Source: Escherichia phage vB_EcoM_11B_SA_NWU. Taken from it: DNA of 64,000 bases. Of the stretch, positions 47,834 through 59,339 are shown piece after piece; the first letter of the stretch is position 1, and each line of letters begins with the position of its first letter. The notes beneath the pieces were generated by a model. It was given only the letters and a program-made list of their open reading frames with translations. It was not told the origin of the DNA and did not search any database. Where the stretch lies: sequence record OR062527; one strand, 5' to 3'. A program made the translations under genes and the position numbers.

Positions 47834-48459
47834 TACAATAGCTCAAAGAATTCTTTGAGTCCTCTTATTACATGAGCGTGAGTTTTTCCACACTCTGGAC
47901 ATTTAATTGGAACAGCCAAATACACAGTAGGCTTTAAAAGCATATCTTTTATAGCTACAATATCTGACTCTGTGATGATAGAATATAAATCTTCCAATTC
48001 TTTTTCATTTAAGTCTTCAACTGGAATGCTTTCCCCGTTAGCATGAATCGTTTCTATACATGATACTATCATATGGGCTATATTTTTATCATCAAAAATT
48101 TTAGGGTAATGGAATTTAATTTTAATGTCACCCAGTGTATACCAGAGGTCTTCTGGTGCATCTATTTGTGTATGTAATAGATTTATATGGGTTGGTATTT
48201 CAGTTCCACAGGTGCACTTCCAGGAGTTTTCGTGATTAACTTCTCCAAGAGAATGCGCCCATAAATGAATCAGTAATAGTTCTGATTCTTGGCGGTTTAA
48301 ATCTTTTGCATTTGTACAGTCTTTGATTAGCTTTTTAACAATTACTTCTACGGAACCATTATTTTTGGCAGTAATAAGTTCTAGATATTCTTTAAGAGTA
48401 AATGCGCGACAGTTGATTATTTTAGAACCAACTCTCACATCAAATTTGTATTCATACAT
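47833..48459 (-). CDS. 26: baseplate hub protein gp26
   Basis: 208 aa; minus-strand late promoter at 48481. Confidence 0.8.
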   Translation of the reverse strand: MYEYKFDVRVGSKIINCRAFTLKEYLELITAKNNGSVEVIVKKLIKDCTNAKDLNRQESELLLIHLWAHSLGEVNHENSWKCTCGTEIPTHINLLHTQIDAPEDLWYTLGDIKIKFHYPKIFDDKNIAHMIVSCIETIHANGESIPVEDLNEKELEDLYSIITESDIVAIKDMLLKPTVYLAVPIKCPECGKTHAHVIRGLKEFFELL

Positions 48460-48480
48460 ATTTAGCTCCTTTATTTATCA

Positions 48481-48492
48481 TATTTATAAATA
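48481..48492. promoter_or_regulatory. overlapping divergent late promoters (gp26 minus, gp51 plus)
   Basis: TATTTATAAATA contains TATAAATA on both strands. Confidence 0.55.
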
Positions 48493-48509
48493 GAATAAAA
48501 GGAGCATCT

Positions 48510-49262
48510 ATGGCAAACATTATTCGTTGTAAATTACCAGATGGTGTTCATCGTTTTAAACCATTTACGGTAGAAGATTATCGAGATTTTTTGTTAGTTC
48601 GAAACGATATAGAACATCGGTCACCACAAGAACAAAAAGAAGTAATTGCTGATTTAATTGCTGATTATTTTGGAGACTATCCAAAGACTTGGCAACCATT
48701 TATATTTTTGCAGGTATTTGTAGGTTCAATAGGTAAAACTAAAGTACCAGTCACATTTGTATGTCCAAAATGTAAAAAAGAAAAGACAGTTCCATTTGAA
48801 ATATATCAAAAAGAATTAAAGGAACCTATTTTTGATGTAGCTAATGTTAAAATTAAATTAAATTTTCCTTCTGAGTTTTATGAAAATAAAGCAAAGATGA
48901 TTACTGAAAATATTCATTCTGTTCAAGTAGATGAAATGTGGTATGATTGGAAGGAAATTAGTGAATCAAGTCAAATAGAACTTGTTGACGCCATCGAGAT
49001 AGAAACATTAGAAAAAATTCTCGATGCAATGAATCCTATTAATTTAACATTGCACATGTCGTGTTGTGATAAGTACATTAAAAAATACACTGATATAGTA
49101 GATGTGTTTAAGCTATTAGTTAATCCAGATGAGATATTTACTTTTTATCAAATTAATCACACGCTTGTAAAAAGTAATTATAGCTTAAATTCAATAATGA
49201 AAATGATTCCTGCCGAGCGCGGATTCGTATTAAAACTGATTGAGAAGGATAAACATCAATGA
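48510..49262 (+). CDS. 51: baseplate hub assembly protein gp51
   Basis: 250 aa; late promoter at 48485. Confidence 0.8.
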   Translation: MANIIRCKLPDGVHRFKPFTVEDYRDFLLVRNDIEHRSPQEQKEVIADLIADYFGDYPKTWQPFIFLQVFVGSIGKTKVPVTFVCPKCKKEKTVPFEIYQKELKEPIFDVANVKIKLNFPSEFYENKAKMITENIHSVQVDEMWYDWKEISESSQIELVDAIEIETLEKILDAMNPINLTLHMSCCDKYIKKYTDIVDVFKLLVNPDEIFTFYQINHTLVKSNYSLNSIMKMIPAERGFVLKLIEKDKHQ

Positions 49263-50431
49263 GTATGTTACAACGTCCTGGATATCCAAATCTCAGCGTT
49301 AAATTATTTGAGAGTTATGACGCTTGGAGTAATAATAGATTTGTTGAATTAGCTGCTACTATTACCACATTAACTATGCGTGACTCTCTTTATGGTCGAA
49401 ATGAAGGAATGCTACAATTTTATGATTCTAAAAACATTCATACAAAAATGGATGGAAATGAAATAATTCAGATTTCTGTAGCTAATGCAAACGATATTAA
49501 TAATGTTAAAACACGAATTTATGGATGCAAGCATTTTTCCGTGTCAGTAGATTCAAAAGGCGATAACATCATTGCTATTGAATTGGGAACTATTCATTCT
49601 ATAGAAAATCTTAAATTTGGTAGACCATTTTTCCCTGATGCCGGTGAATCTATAAAGGAAATGCTTGGCGTAATTTATCAAGATCGTACATTATTAACTC
49701 CAGCGATAAATGCTATTAATGCTTATGTTCCTGATATTCCATGGACTAGCACATTTGAAAACTATTTGTCATATGTAAGAGAAGTTGCTCTAGCGGTAGG
49801 AAGCGATAAGTTCGTATTTGTATGGCAAGACATCATGGGAGTTAACATGATGGACTATGATATGATGATAAATCAAGAACCGTATCCAATGATTGTAGGT
49901 GAGCCAACTTTAATAGGTCAATTCGTCCAAGAATTGAAATATCCATTAGCATATGATTTTGTTTGGTTGACTAAATCAAACCCGCATAAACGTGATCCAA
50001 TGAAAAATGCTACTATCTATGCTCATTCATTTTTAGATTCTTCATTACCAATGATTACTACAGGAAAGGGTGAAAACTCTATTGTAGTGTCAAGGTCAGG
50101 TGCTTATTCTGAAATGACTTATAGAAATGGATATGAAGAAGCTATTCGTCTTCAGACTATGGCGCAGTATGATGGTTACGCTAAATGTTCTACTGTCGGT
50201 AATTTTAACTTGACTCCTGGCGTTAAAATTATTTTTAATGATAGTAAAAACCAATTTAAAACAGAATTTTACGTTGATGAAGTTATTCACGAATTATCAA
50301 ATAATAATTCCGTAACTCATCTTTATATGTTCACTAATGCAACGAAACTGGAAACAATCGACCCAGTTAAGGTTAAAAATGAATTTAAAACTGATACTAC
50401 CACTGAAGAAAGTAGTTCTTCCGATAAGTAA
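49259..50431 (+). CDS. 27: baseplate hub protein gp27
   Basis: 390 aa, synteny. Confidence 0.85.
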   Translation: MSMLQRPGYPNLSVKLFESYDAWSNNRFVELAATITTLTMRDSLYGRNEGMLQFYDSKNIHTKMDGNEIIQISVANANDINNVKTRIYGCKHFSVSVDSKGDNIIAIELGTIHSIENLKFGRPFFPDAGESIKEMLGVIYQDRTLLTPAINAINAYVPDIPWTSTFENYLSYVREVALAVGSDKFVFVWQDIMGVNMMDYDMMINQEPYPMIVGEPTLIGQFVQELKYPLAYDFVWLTKSNPHKRDPMKNATIYAHSFLDSSLPMITTGKGENSIVVSRSGAYSEMTYRNGYEEAIRLQTMAQYDGYAKCSTVGNFNLTPGVKIIFNDSKNQFKTEFYVDEVIHELSNNNSVTHLYMFTNATKLETIDPVKVKNEFKTDTTTEESSSSDK

Positions 50432-50912
50432 TAAAGAAGTTTCTATTCCTAAGATGGGTCTTAAACATTATAACATTTTAAAAGATGTTAAAGGTCCTGA
50501 TGAAAATTTAAAGCTTCTTATTGATTCTATTTGTCCAAATTTATCACCGCCAGAAGTTGATTTCGTTTCTATTCATTTGCTAGAATTTAATGGAAAGATT
50601 AAATCTCGTAAAGAAATAGATGGTTATACTTATGACATTAATGATGTTTATGTATGCCAAAGATTGGAATTTCAATACCAAGGAAATACATTTTATTTTA
50701 GACCTCCTGGAAAATTTGAACAATTTTTAACTGTAAGCGATATGTTATCCAAATGCTTGCTTAAGGTCAATGATGAAGTTAAAGAAATTAATTTTCTTGA
50801 GATGCCAGCATTTGTTTTAAAATGGGCAAATGATATTTCTACAACTTTAGCAATTCCTGGCCCTAATGGTCCAATAACCGGAATTGGCAATATTATTGGA
50901 TTATTTGAATGA
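50379..50912 (+). CDS. 28: baseplate hub distal protein gp28 (177 aa; start trimmed from 50337)
   Basis: SD TAAGGT before ATG for MNLKLILPL. Confidence 0.7.
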   Translation: MNLKLILPLKKVVLPISNKEVSIPKMGLKHYNILKDVKGPDENLKLLIDSICPNLSPPEVDFVSIHLLEFNGKIKSRKEIDGYTYDINDVYVCQRLEFQYQGNTFYFRPPGKFEQFLTVSDMLSKCLLKVNDEVKEINFLEMPAFVLKWANDISTTLAIPGPNGPITGIGNIIGLFE

Positions 50913-52681
50913 AAAAGCCACAAGAAATGCAAACGATGCGTAGAAAAATTATTTCAGATAATAAACCAACACAGGAAGCGGCTAAATCCGCTTCTAACAC
51001 TTTATCTGGACTTAATGACATATCTACGAAATTGGATGATGCTCAAGCTGCCTCTGAATTAATAGCTCAAACTGTCGAAGAAAAATCGAATGAAATAGTT
51101 GGAGCAATTGATAACGTTGAAAGCGCAGTAAGTGATACTACTGCCGGTTCTGAGTTAATTGCTGAAACTGTTGAAATTGGCAACAATATTAATAAAGAAA
51201 TCGGTGAATCGCTCGGAAGCAAATTAGATAAATTAACAAGTTTACTGGAACAAAAAATTCAGACAGCTGGAATTCAGCAAACTGGAACGAGTTTAGCAGT
51301 AGTCGAAAATGCTATTCCTGTTAAAGTCGTCGAGGATGATACAGCTGAATCTGTGGGTCCTTTATTACCGGCTCCTGAAGCAGTTAATAATGATCCTGAT
51401 GCTGATTTTTTCCCTACTCCTCAGCCAATTGAACCAAAACAAGAGTCTCCAGAAGAGAAGCAAAAAAGAGACGCATTTAACTTAAAAATATCTAATGCAT
51501 TAGATAAATTAACAAAGACAGTTGATTTCGGATTTAAGAAATCTATTTCAATTACTGATAAAATATCTAGCATGCTATTTAAGTATACCGTCAGTGCTGC
51601 TATTGAAGCTGCTAAAATGGTTGCATTGATAATGGCTGTTGTTATTGGAATAGACCTGCTGATGGTTCATTTTAAATACTGGTCAGATAAATTTTCAAAA
51701 GCCTGGGATTTATTTGGTACTAATTTTACTAAATTCTCTAACGAAACTGGAACATGGGGTCCTTTATTACAGAGCATCTTTGATTCTATTGATAAAATTA
51801 AACAACTTTGGGAAGCTGGAGATTGGGGCGGATTAACAGCAGCTATTGTTGAAGGGCTTGGAAGTGTTCTTTATAATTTAGGAGAGCTTATTCAATTAGG
51901 TATGGCTAAATTATCTGCTGCAATTCTTCGAGTCATTCCTGGCATGAAGGATACTGCTGATGAAGTAGAAGGAAGAGCATTAGAAAATTTCCAAAATTCT
52001 ACTGGAGCGTCTCTTAATAAAGAAGACCAAGAAAAAGTAGCAAATTATCAAGATAAACGAATGAATGACGATCTTGGCCCAATAGCAAAAGGATTAGACA
52101 AAATTGCGAACTGGAAAACTCGTGCATCTAACTGGATTCGTGGTGTAGATAATAAAGAAGCATTGACTACTGACGAAGAACGTGCAGCAGAAGAAGAAAA
52201 ATTAAAGCAACTTTCACCGGAAGAAAGAAAAAATGCTTTAATGAAAGCTAATGAAGCTCGTGCTGCGATGATTCGTTTTGAAAAATACGCTGATTCAGCT
52301 GATATGAGCAAAGACTCGACAGTTAAATCAATTGAAGCTGCTCATGAAGACCTTAAAAAACGAATGAATGATCCGGATTTAAATAACTCACCAGCGGTTA
52401 AAAAAGAACTTGCTTCTAGATTTGCTAAAATTAATGCCACTTATCAAGAGCTCAAGAAAAATCAACCTGAAGCAAAACCTGAAACTTCTGCTAAATCACC
52501 AGAAGCAAAACAGGTCCAGGTGATTGAAAAGAACAAAGCACAACAAGCTCCTGTTCAACAAGCATCTCCTTCAATCAATAATACTAATAATGTTATTAAG
52601 AAAAATACTGTCGTTCATAACATGACACCTGTCACAAGCACAACTGCTCCTGGTGTATTTGGCGCGACGGGAGTTAATTAA
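50909..52681 (+). CDS. 29: tail tube length tape-measure/hub protein gp29
   Basis: 590 aa, synteny. Confidence 0.85.
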   Translation: MKKPQEMQTMRRKIISDNKPTQEAAKSASNTLSGLNDISTKLDDAQAASELIAQTVEEKSNEIVGAIDNVESAVSDTTAGSELIAETVEIGNNINKEIGESLGSKLDKLTSLLEQKIQTAGIQQTGTSLAVVENAIPVKVVEDDTAESVGPLLPAPEAVNNDPDADFFPTPQPIEPKQESPEEKQKRDAFNLKISNALDKLTKTVDFGFKKSISITDKISSMLFKYTVSAAIEAAKMVALIMAVVIGIDLLMVHFKYWSDKFSKAWDLFGTNFTKFSNETGTWGPLLQSIFDSIDKIKQLWEAGDWGGLTAAIVEGLGSVLYNLGELIQLGMAKLSAAILRVIPGMKDTADEVEGRALENFQNSTGASLNKEDQEKVANYQDKRMNDDLGPIAKGLDKIANWKTRASNWIRGVDNKEALTTDEERAAEEEKLKQLSPEERKNALMKANEARAAMIRFEKYADSADMSKDSTVKSIEAAHEDLKKRMNDPDLNNSPAVKKELASRFAKINATYQELKKNQPEAKPETSAKSPEAKQVQVIEKNKAQQAPVQQASPSINNTNNVIKKNTVVHNMTPVTSTTAPGVFGATGVN

Positions 52682-52689
52682 GGAATAAT

Positions 52690-53784
52690 ATGGCAATTGT
52701 TAAAGAAATAACTGCTGATTTAATTAAAAAGTCCGGTGAAACAATTTCAGCCGGACAGAGTACTAAATCAGAAGTAGGAACTAAAACATACACAGCCCAG
52801 TTTCCAACTGGGCGTGCTAGTGGTAATGACACTACAGGGGACTTCCAGGTAACAGATCTATATAAGAATGGATTATTATTTACTGCATACAATATGTCAT
52901 CTAGGGATTCTGGAAGTCTTAGAACGATGAGATCTAACTACTCTTCTTCATCTTCGAGTATTTTACGTACAGCCAGAAACACTATCAGTAATACAGTATC
53001 AAAACTATCAAATGGACTAATATCAGATAATAATTCAGGAACAATAAGTAAAGTTCCTGTTGCAAATATTCTTTTACCTAGATCTAAATCTGACGTCGAT
53101 ACGTCATCACATAGATTTAATGATGTTCAAGATAGTCTTATTACAAAAGGCGGAGGTACTGCTACTGGTGTGCTAAGCAATATGGCTTCAACCGCAGTAT
53201 TTGGAGCGTTGGAAAGTATAACACAAGGTATAATGGCTGATAATAATGAACAGATCTATACAACAGCCAGAAGCATGTACGGCGGTGCTGAAAATAGAAC
53301 TAAAGTGTTCACTTGGGATTTAACTCCGCGCTCAACAGAAGATTTAATGGCTATTATTAATATCTATCAGTATTTTAACTATTTTTCTTATGGTGAAACT
53401 GGTAAATCTCAATATGCTGCTGAAATAAAAGGATATTTAGATGAGTGGTATCGTTCTACATTTATTGAACCATTAACGCCAGAAGACGCGATTAAAAACA
53501 AGACGTTATTTGAAAAAATGACATCGAGTTTAACGAACGTTCTTGTAGTTTCAAACCCGACAATTTGGATGGTGAAAAACTTTGGTGCAACTTCTAAATT
53601 TGATGGAAAGACTGAAGTATTCGGTCCATGCCAAATACAGAGTATTAGATTTGATAAAACACCAAATGGTAACTTTAATGGATTAGCTATTGCTCCTAAC
53701 CTTCCAAGTTCTTTTACACTCGAGATTACTATGAGAGAGATTATTACGTTAAACCGTGCTTCTTTATATACGGGGACTTTCTAA
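52690..53784 (+). CDS. 48: baseplate-tail tube junction protein gp48
   Basis: 364 aa, synteny. Confidence 0.8.
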   Translation: MAIVKEITADLIKKSGETISAGQSTKSEVGTKTYTAQFPTGRASGNDTTGDFQVTDLYKNGLLFTAYNMSSRDSGSLRTMRSNYSSSSSSILRTARNTISNTVSKLSNGLISDNNSGTISKVPVANILLPRSKSDVDTSSHRFNDVQDSLITKGGGTATGVLSNMASTAVFGALESITQGIMADNNEQIYTTARSMYGGAENRTKVFTWDLTPRSTEDLMAIINIYQYFNYFSYGETGKSQYAAEIKGYLDEWYRSTFIEPLTPEDAIKNKTLFEKMTSSLTNVLVVSNPTIWMVKNFGATSKFDGKTEVFGPCQIQSIRFDKTPNGNFNGLAIAPNLPSSFTLEITMREIITLNRASLYTGTF

Positions 53785-54749
53785 TGTATTCTTTAGAGGA
53801 ATTTAATAATCAAGCAATAAACGCAGACTTCCAACGTAATAATATGTTCAGCTGTGTTTTTGCTACAACTCCATCAACTAAAAGCTCATCGTTAATAAGC
53901 TCAATTAGTAACTTTGCTTATAATAACTTGGGTCTAAATTCAGATTGGTTGGGATTAACTCAAGGTGATATTAATCAGGGAATTACCACGCTAATTACCG
54001 CTGGCACACAAAAACTAATAAGAAAATCGGGAGTCAGTAAATATCTTATTGGAGCTATGAGTCAGCGTACTGTTCAGAGTTTATTAGGCTCATTTACAGT
54101 TGGTACATATTTAATTGACTTCTTTAACATGGCATATAACTCATCTGGATTGATGATATACTCTGTAAAAATGCCAGAGAATAGATTATCCTATGAAACT
54201 GACTGGAACTATAATTCTCCTAATATTCGTATAACTGGAAGAGAATTAGACCCTTTGGTTATTTCATTCAGAATGGATTCAGAAGCTTGTAACTATCGTG
54301 CAATGCAAGACTGGGTTAACGCTGTTCAAGACCCAGTAACTGGATTGCGTGCTTTGCCGCAAGATGTCGAGGCAGATATTCAGGTTAATCTTCATTCTCG
54401 CAATGGATTACCACATACTGCGGTGATGTTCACTGGATGCATTCCAATATCAGTGAGCGCTCCTGAGTTATCATATGATGGAGATAACCAAATAACTACA
54501 TTTGACGTTACTTTTGCGTATAGAGTGATGCAGGCTGGAGCAGTTGATAGACAAGCTGCCCTTGAATGGCTTGAATCTGCTACTATAAATGGTATTCAAA
54601 GCGTTCTCGGAAATAGTGGAGGTGTTACTGGACTATCTAATTCGCTTTCACGACTTAGTAGATTAGGGGGAACTGCAGGAAGCATTTCAAATATTAATAC
54701 TATGACAGGAATTGTCAATTCGCAAAGTAAAATATTAGGAGCAATATAA
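53784..54749 (+). CDS. 54: baseplate-tail tube initiator gp54
   Basis: 321 aa, synteny; hairpin terminator downstream. Confidence 0.8.
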   Translation: MYSLEEFNNQAINADFQRNNMFSCVFATTPSTKSSSLISSISNFAYNNLGLNSDWLGLTQGDINQGITTLITAGTQKLIRKSGVSKYLIGAMSQRTVQSLLGSFTVGTYLIDFFNMAYNSSGLMIYSVKMPENRLSYETDWNYNSPNIRITGRELDPLVISFRMDSEACNYRAMQDWVNAVQDPVTGLRALPQDVEADIQVNLHSRNGLPHTAVMFTGCIPISVSAPELSYDGDNQITTFDVTFAYRVMQAGAVDRQAALEWLESATINGIQSVLGNSGGVTGLSNSLSRLSRLGGTAGSISNINTMTGIVNSQSKILGAI

Positions 54750-54751
54750 CA

Positions 54752-54779
54752 ATGGGGACCGAAAGGTCCCCATATTTTT
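54752..54779. terminator. bidirectional hairpin terminator between gp54 and 96-aa ORF
   Basis: AUGGGGACC-GAAA-GGUCCCCAU followed by T-run. Confidence 0.6.
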
Positions 54780-55068
54780 ATTTACGGAATGAAATAAAAG
54801 CAGCAACTGAAGCAACAGAGGTTTCTTCAATATAAACCTCAATTTTTACCGGAGCTTCTGACTCAAATTTACCTGTTACTACACCTTGGAAAATACTTTC
54901 AGTCTGTTCTGGCTTTGAAAAATTTTCAGAAGGAAAAATTCCAAACTTTTTATCGGTTCCGAAAATTTTAATAAATTCATCATAAACTGCTTCATTGAAA
55001 GCGTTATCAGCGGGAATAACGCCTTCAACGACGAGTTCTTGACCTAAAAAGCGCAAAGAAGATTTCAT
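54778..55068 (-). CDS. hypothetical protein 96 aa downstream of alt genes
   Basis: SD GAGGAA; early promoter GTTTAC-18-TATAGT upstream. Confidence 0.5.
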   Translation of the reverse strand: MKSSLRFLGQELVVEGVIPADNAFNEAVYDEFIKIFGTDKKFGIFPSENFSKPEQTESIFQGVVTGKFESEAPVKIEVYIEETSVASVAAFISFRK

Positions 55069-55099
55069 TTTGTGTTCCTCATGTTATGTCAGTAAAACT

Positions 55100-55129
55100 A
55101 CTATAACACAATACGAGGGACTTGTAAAC
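55100..55129 (-). promoter_or_regulatory. early promoter GTTTAC-18-TATAGT
   Basis: sigma70-like hexamers upstream of 96-aa ORF. Confidence 0.5.
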
Positions 55130-57186
55130 TACATTTTGAACTTTTTAGACATTCTGTTGATGTTAACCAAAGAAGCTAAGATTTGAGAAACTTCGCTTTC
55201 CTCTTCTTTTGATTCTTCTACAAGGAATTGATTAAATCCAGCCATTGGACGAACTTCACCAGTTTCCATTAGATGGTCACCATCATATACCGATTCCTCT
55301 AATTGTTCAGAAGGAGGAACAATCGTGCCTTCAATTAGATACTTATTATAAGCGGTTTCTTTCATCATGTACGTACTTACTTTATTAATCTTCAGTAAAA
55401 TTCCACGCGGCAAAATAACTTCAGCTTCGGATGGAAATCCTGATAAATGACCCGGAACGATAACTTTAACTCGTTCAGCTCCTTTAATTACCATACCTAC
55501 ATTAGTTTCAGCGTCTTCATTCGCATATGTAGAATGACTACCCATATGCATTAAATCTTCAGCATCAACTGAACCTTCTCCTTCACCAGAAAATACTGTT
55601 CCAGCGTCATCTAAAGCCATATAATTTTTACCATATTCACCGAAGATATTTGGCTTGAGTGAAGTAGATACAAAGTTCTTGAAATAGAACATTTTATTTT
55701 CTATATTATGACGTAAAGTTTTAAAAGTAACTTCTTGGCCACGGTAAAGTGTAGTTCCCGGAGGAAGAACTGAACCTTTAGCAAATGCAGAATCCAACGT
55801 CTCAATGTGCTTAATAGCACGTTCCATATATTCTTCACGTGTAGAATCAGGTTTACCTAAAAGGAACGAGTTCATTTCAACATATGAATCTGCGCAATAA
55901 TCTTCAATTACATCAGACTCAGCCTGAGTTAATCCTTTTGGAGTTACTTCAGTGCTTGCATATTCATATGCCTGAGCAGCAGATTCATCAATTAATTTAT
56001 AAATTCCATTCATTACAAATTGAATAATAGCTGTCTTTTCATCTGGTGTAGCTTTAGAACCTTTAACTAAATCATTGACAATTTTCTTAATAACATCAAA
56101 GCTATTAGAAATATTAATGTCAGCAAGATCGCTTAAAATTTTATCAGTTTTATAATCAAAGAATTCTTTATTCTTTAAATATTCTTGAGAACCTTGATAT
56201 GTTATATCGCTCTGCAGCTTGATAGATGGATCGCGTAAACGTGCATGGGCCAATGCAATATGATTTCGGAAGCTTTCGAGTTCATAATCACTAGATTTAA
56301 AACGAGAAGCACTTCTCATACCACCGATAGCTCCTTTGCTAAAGTTTGAACCAACCTGAATAACGCCAGAGTTCATTGGTCCTTCTGCTTTATATACCGG
56401 AACTTTAGATTCAAACTCTTGATATTTCTTAGCAGCGAAGCTATCACCCTGAAGTGAAGCATCAACAGTAGAATATTGAGCTTGTGCTGCTAATCGACGA
56501 CTAATTTTAGTTTTCTGAATAACAGCTTGATCCGTGCGCTTATCATTTTCTAAAGCAATAGAAGCAGCAACAGCAACAGCTTTAGGAACAGCATTACCTG
56601 TTTTAACGTCTACATAAACATCACCAACCTTTGATTCAACTTTTGTGAATAACTCGGTTGAAATAGGAGGTACACCTGGAATGTCTTCTAAATTGGCATT
56701 TTTACGGTAAACCATAATATATGCGTACTTTTTATCATAATCCCAGATTTCCTTTAAAAGAACATATCGACCTGCTCCTTTAGTACGTACTAAACGGTCA
56801 GCAATAACTTGCATTTGACGAGCTGCGCCATTTGTTTTACTTTTTAGTACGCGGAATAGGCATGCATCAATTTTATACTGCTTCATTGTTTGAAGAGCAG
56901 TATCAAAAACAGCATTAATGACGCCAATTGGATTTCCACCCAAGTTTTTAAGCTTAACTAATGATAGTTTCTCATTAACACCTATCATTACGATATGCAT
57001 CATTTTGTCGCCTGGCTTAACGTTTTTATTCGTATCACCGCCAGAGGTGTATGTACAAAATCTAAATCCAGGAAGCACGCTTTCTTCACCTGCTTGAATA
57101 GCAAAAATTTGAGGTATTTTATGCTTAGGATTTAAGTTAACAACCGGCGCCGAAGCGCCGTCAAATAATTCTGTAATAAGTTCCAT
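55129..57186 (-). CDS. Alt-like ADP-ribosyltransferase paralog (685 aa)
   Basis: N-terminus MELITELFD shared with alt; motifs YRGQ, FYFKNFVSTSL, SEAEVILPRG; translationally coupled to upstream alt. Confidence 0.8.
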   Translation of the reverse strand: MELITELFDGASAPVVNLNPKHKIPQIFAIQAGEESVLPGFRFCTYTSGGDTNKNVKPGDKMMHIVMIGVNEKLSLVKLKNLGGNPIGVINAVFDTALQTMKQYKIDACLFRVLKSKTNGAARQMQVIADRLVRTKGAGRYVLLKEIWDYDKKYAYIMVYRKNANLEDIPGVPPISTELFTKVESKVGDVYVDVKTGNAVPKAVAVAASIALENDKRTDQAVIQKTKISRRLAAQAQYSTVDASLQGDSFAAKKYQEFESKVPVYKAEGPMNSGVIQVGSNFSKGAIGGMRSASRFKSSDYELESFRNHIALAHARLRDPSIKLQSDITYQGSQEYLKNKEFFDYKTDKILSDLADINISNSFDVIKKIVNDLVKGSKATPDEKTAIIQFVMNGIYKLIDESAAQAYEYASTEVTPKGLTQAESDVIEDYCADSYVEMNSFLLGKPDSTREEYMERAIKHIETLDSAFAKGSVLPPGTTLYRGQEVTFKTLRHNIENKMFYFKNFVSTSLKPNIFGEYGKNYMALDDAGTVFSGEGEGSVDAEDLMHMGSHSTYANEDAETNVGMVIKGAERVKVIVPGHLSGFPSEAEVILPRGILLKINKVSTYMMKETAYNKYLIEGTIVPPSEQLEESVYDGDHLMETGEVRPMAGFNQFLVEESKEEESEVSQILASLVNINRMSKKFKM

Positions 57187-57189
57187 GAT

Positions 57190-59283
57190 TTATCCTTGAA
57201 CGAACTTGTAAGGCATGTTTGTAATATCTATGCAAGACGCAATAATTCCAAGAGATGATTCTACTTTCTGTTTAATATTTGATGAAACAAATGATGCAAA
57301 GTCAACTCTGTCTTCTATTTCAATATCACCTGTCATTGCAACCAATTCACCAGTTTCCATTAAATGGTCTCCGTCATAGATTACCGATTCGGTGAGCTCT
57401 TCTGTGGTCATAACTTCAGCTTGAATGAGTTTTGTATTATTAGATGTTGTTCCGTCATTATTAGAAGCATCAGTTATTTTATTAACCTTGACCATCAATC
57501 CGCGTGGTAGAATAACTTCAGCTTCTGTTGCTATTCCGAGACTTCCTGGATATACAACATTAACTTTATGAGCTCCATCAATTGCCCATCCTATTTGAAC
57601 TTTAACATATTCAGGATTTTCTTTATACGCTCTTATTTCGTTTGGATTAATAGTTATTCCTTCTTCATTTTTATCAACTGTTAATTCATTGCGAGCTTCT
57701 GGTTCTAAAAGACCAATACCAGCATGTGTGATTCCAAAACGTCCAAAAATGATAGGAGTTAAAGAAGTAGATACAAAATTTCTGAAGTAGAACACTTTAT
57801 TTTTAACTAACGCTTCATATATAGGAGCAGTCATACTTTGAGCACGATAAACTGTAATGCCTTCTGGTATACGGTCACCATTTTCAAAAGCTGAATCTAA
57901 GTTATTTATAGCAGATTCAATTTCTTTTTCACTCATTACATCGTATCGTTCTGGATTGTAACGACCTAAAAGAAGATTATTGATGTCAGTATATCCTGAA
58001 CCGCAATATTCTCTAATGCCACGCTTTTGTGATGGAGTATATTTAGAACCATCGCGTGCAATAGTAATATCAATCATTGGACCAGCACCAATTCCAGAAA
58101 AACTGTAAATCATTCGTTTGAGGAATTTAGTTTTTGTTGCGTTCCAGGAATTTTTAGTTATTTCTTCCCAGACTTCATCTGATTGTCCTTTACGATTTTT
58201 ATTATGATTAGCAAGCCATTTATCTTTATAATCTTCAAAGAATTGATTTACAGCTGCTGCGTATTTCTCTAAACATTTTATTGAAGTAGTTGGTTCATTT
58301 TTAATTGCATTAAAAATTACTTCTTTAATTTTTTCTGAAACTTCACCGACTTGACTCATTGGAAAGAATTTATAATCATAGTGAAGTTCATCTGCCGTTC
58401 CTTCGGCAATAATTTTTGCTGCCTTTGTTTTAGAAGCTAATGAATTAATTCCAATTTTCATTTCTTCTGCTTCGGGAATTAAAGGTGCAGTAGCTGGTTT
58501 ATTAAAATTGGCTGCTGTAGATTCATACTTCTGGAATAATTCACTTTCAAATCTAGAAGATTCCAATGACTGACTTTGTGCAATTGCTCTACGGGAAATT
58601 TTAACTTTAACGATTACAGCTTGGTCAGAACGTTTATCATTTTCTTGTGCAATAGATGCTGCAATTGCCTCATTTTTAGTTACTTGAGCACCAGTATCTT
58701 TATTGATATAAACATCACCGACCTTCGATTCAACTTTAGTAAAGAGCTCTGTACTAATTTCCGGAACTCCTGGAATGTCTTCTAGTGATACATTTTTGCG
58801 ATGTATAAGAATATATGCATACTTTTTATCGTAATCCCAGAGTTCCTTAAGAAGGACGTATCTGCCACCTGAACGACTGCGGATGAGTCTATCAGCAATA
58901 AGTTGAATTTGTCGAGCTTGACCGGCGGTTTTAGACTTAAGAATACGAAGCATACAGGCATCAATTTTATATTGACGCATTGTTTGCATTGCAACAGTAA
59001 AAACAGAATTGATATAATTAATCGGGCTTGGACCAAGACCTTTTAATTTAGCAATTGAACCTTTAGCAGTTAATGTAAAAGGAACAATATGCATCATTTT
59101 GTCGCCCATCTTTAAATCACGATTAGTATCACCTCCAGATGTATAGGTACATAAACGAAAGCCTGGTTGTTCAATTGCATCATCAACATGAACTGAAAAA
59201 ATTTGTGGTATTTTCTTCTTTGGATTTAAGTTTGTAATCGGAAGAGTAGTATCTTCGTCAAATAATTCTGTAATAAGTTCCAT
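57190..59283 (-). CDS. alt: ADP-ribosyltransferase Alt (697 aa)
   Basis: motifs YRAQ, FYFRNFVSTSL, ATEAEVILPRG; late promoter TATAAATA 24 nt upstream. Confidence 0.85.
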   Translation of the reverse strand: MELITELFDEDTTLPITNLNPKKKIPQIFSVHVDDAIEQPGFRLCTYTSGGDTNRDLKMGDKMMHIVPFTLTAKGSIAKLKGLGPSPINYINSVFTVAMQTMRQYKIDACMLRILKSKTAGQARQIQLIADRLIRSRSGGRYVLLKELWDYDKKYAYILIHRKNVSLEDIPGVPEISTELFTKVESKVGDVYINKDTGAQVTKNEAIAASIAQENDKRSDQAVIVKVKISRRAIAQSQSLESSRFESELFQKYESTAANFNKPATAPLIPEAEEMKIGINSLASKTKAAKIIAEGTADELHYDYKFFPMSQVGEVSEKIKEVIFNAIKNEPTTSIKCLEKYAAAVNQFFEDYKDKWLANHNKNRKGQSDEVWEEITKNSWNATKTKFLKRMIYSFSGIGAGPMIDITIARDGSKYTPSQKRGIREYCGSGYTDINNLLLGRYNPERYDVMSEKEIESAINNLDSAFENGDRIPEGITVYRAQSMTAPIYEALVKNKVFYFRNFVSTSLTPIIFGRFGITHAGIGLLEPEARNELTVDKNEEGITINPNEIRAYKENPEYVKVQIGWAIDGAHKVNVVYPGSLGIATEAEVILPRGLMVKVNKITDASNNDGTTSNNTKLIQAEVMTTEELTESVIYDGDHLMETGELVAMTGDIEIEDRVDFASFVSSNIKQKVESSLGIIASCIDITNMPYKFVQG

Positions 59284-59306
59284 GTTATCCTCTCTAGTGT
59301 TTATTC

Positions 59307-59314
59307 TATTTATA
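59307..59314 (-). promoter_or_regulatory. late promoter TATAAATA (alt)
   Basis: exact consensus 24 nt upstream of alt ATG; preceded by UUCG hairpin 59320-59337. Confidence 0.6.
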
Positions 59315-59339
59315 AAATTAAAGGCCCGAAGGCCTTTAA

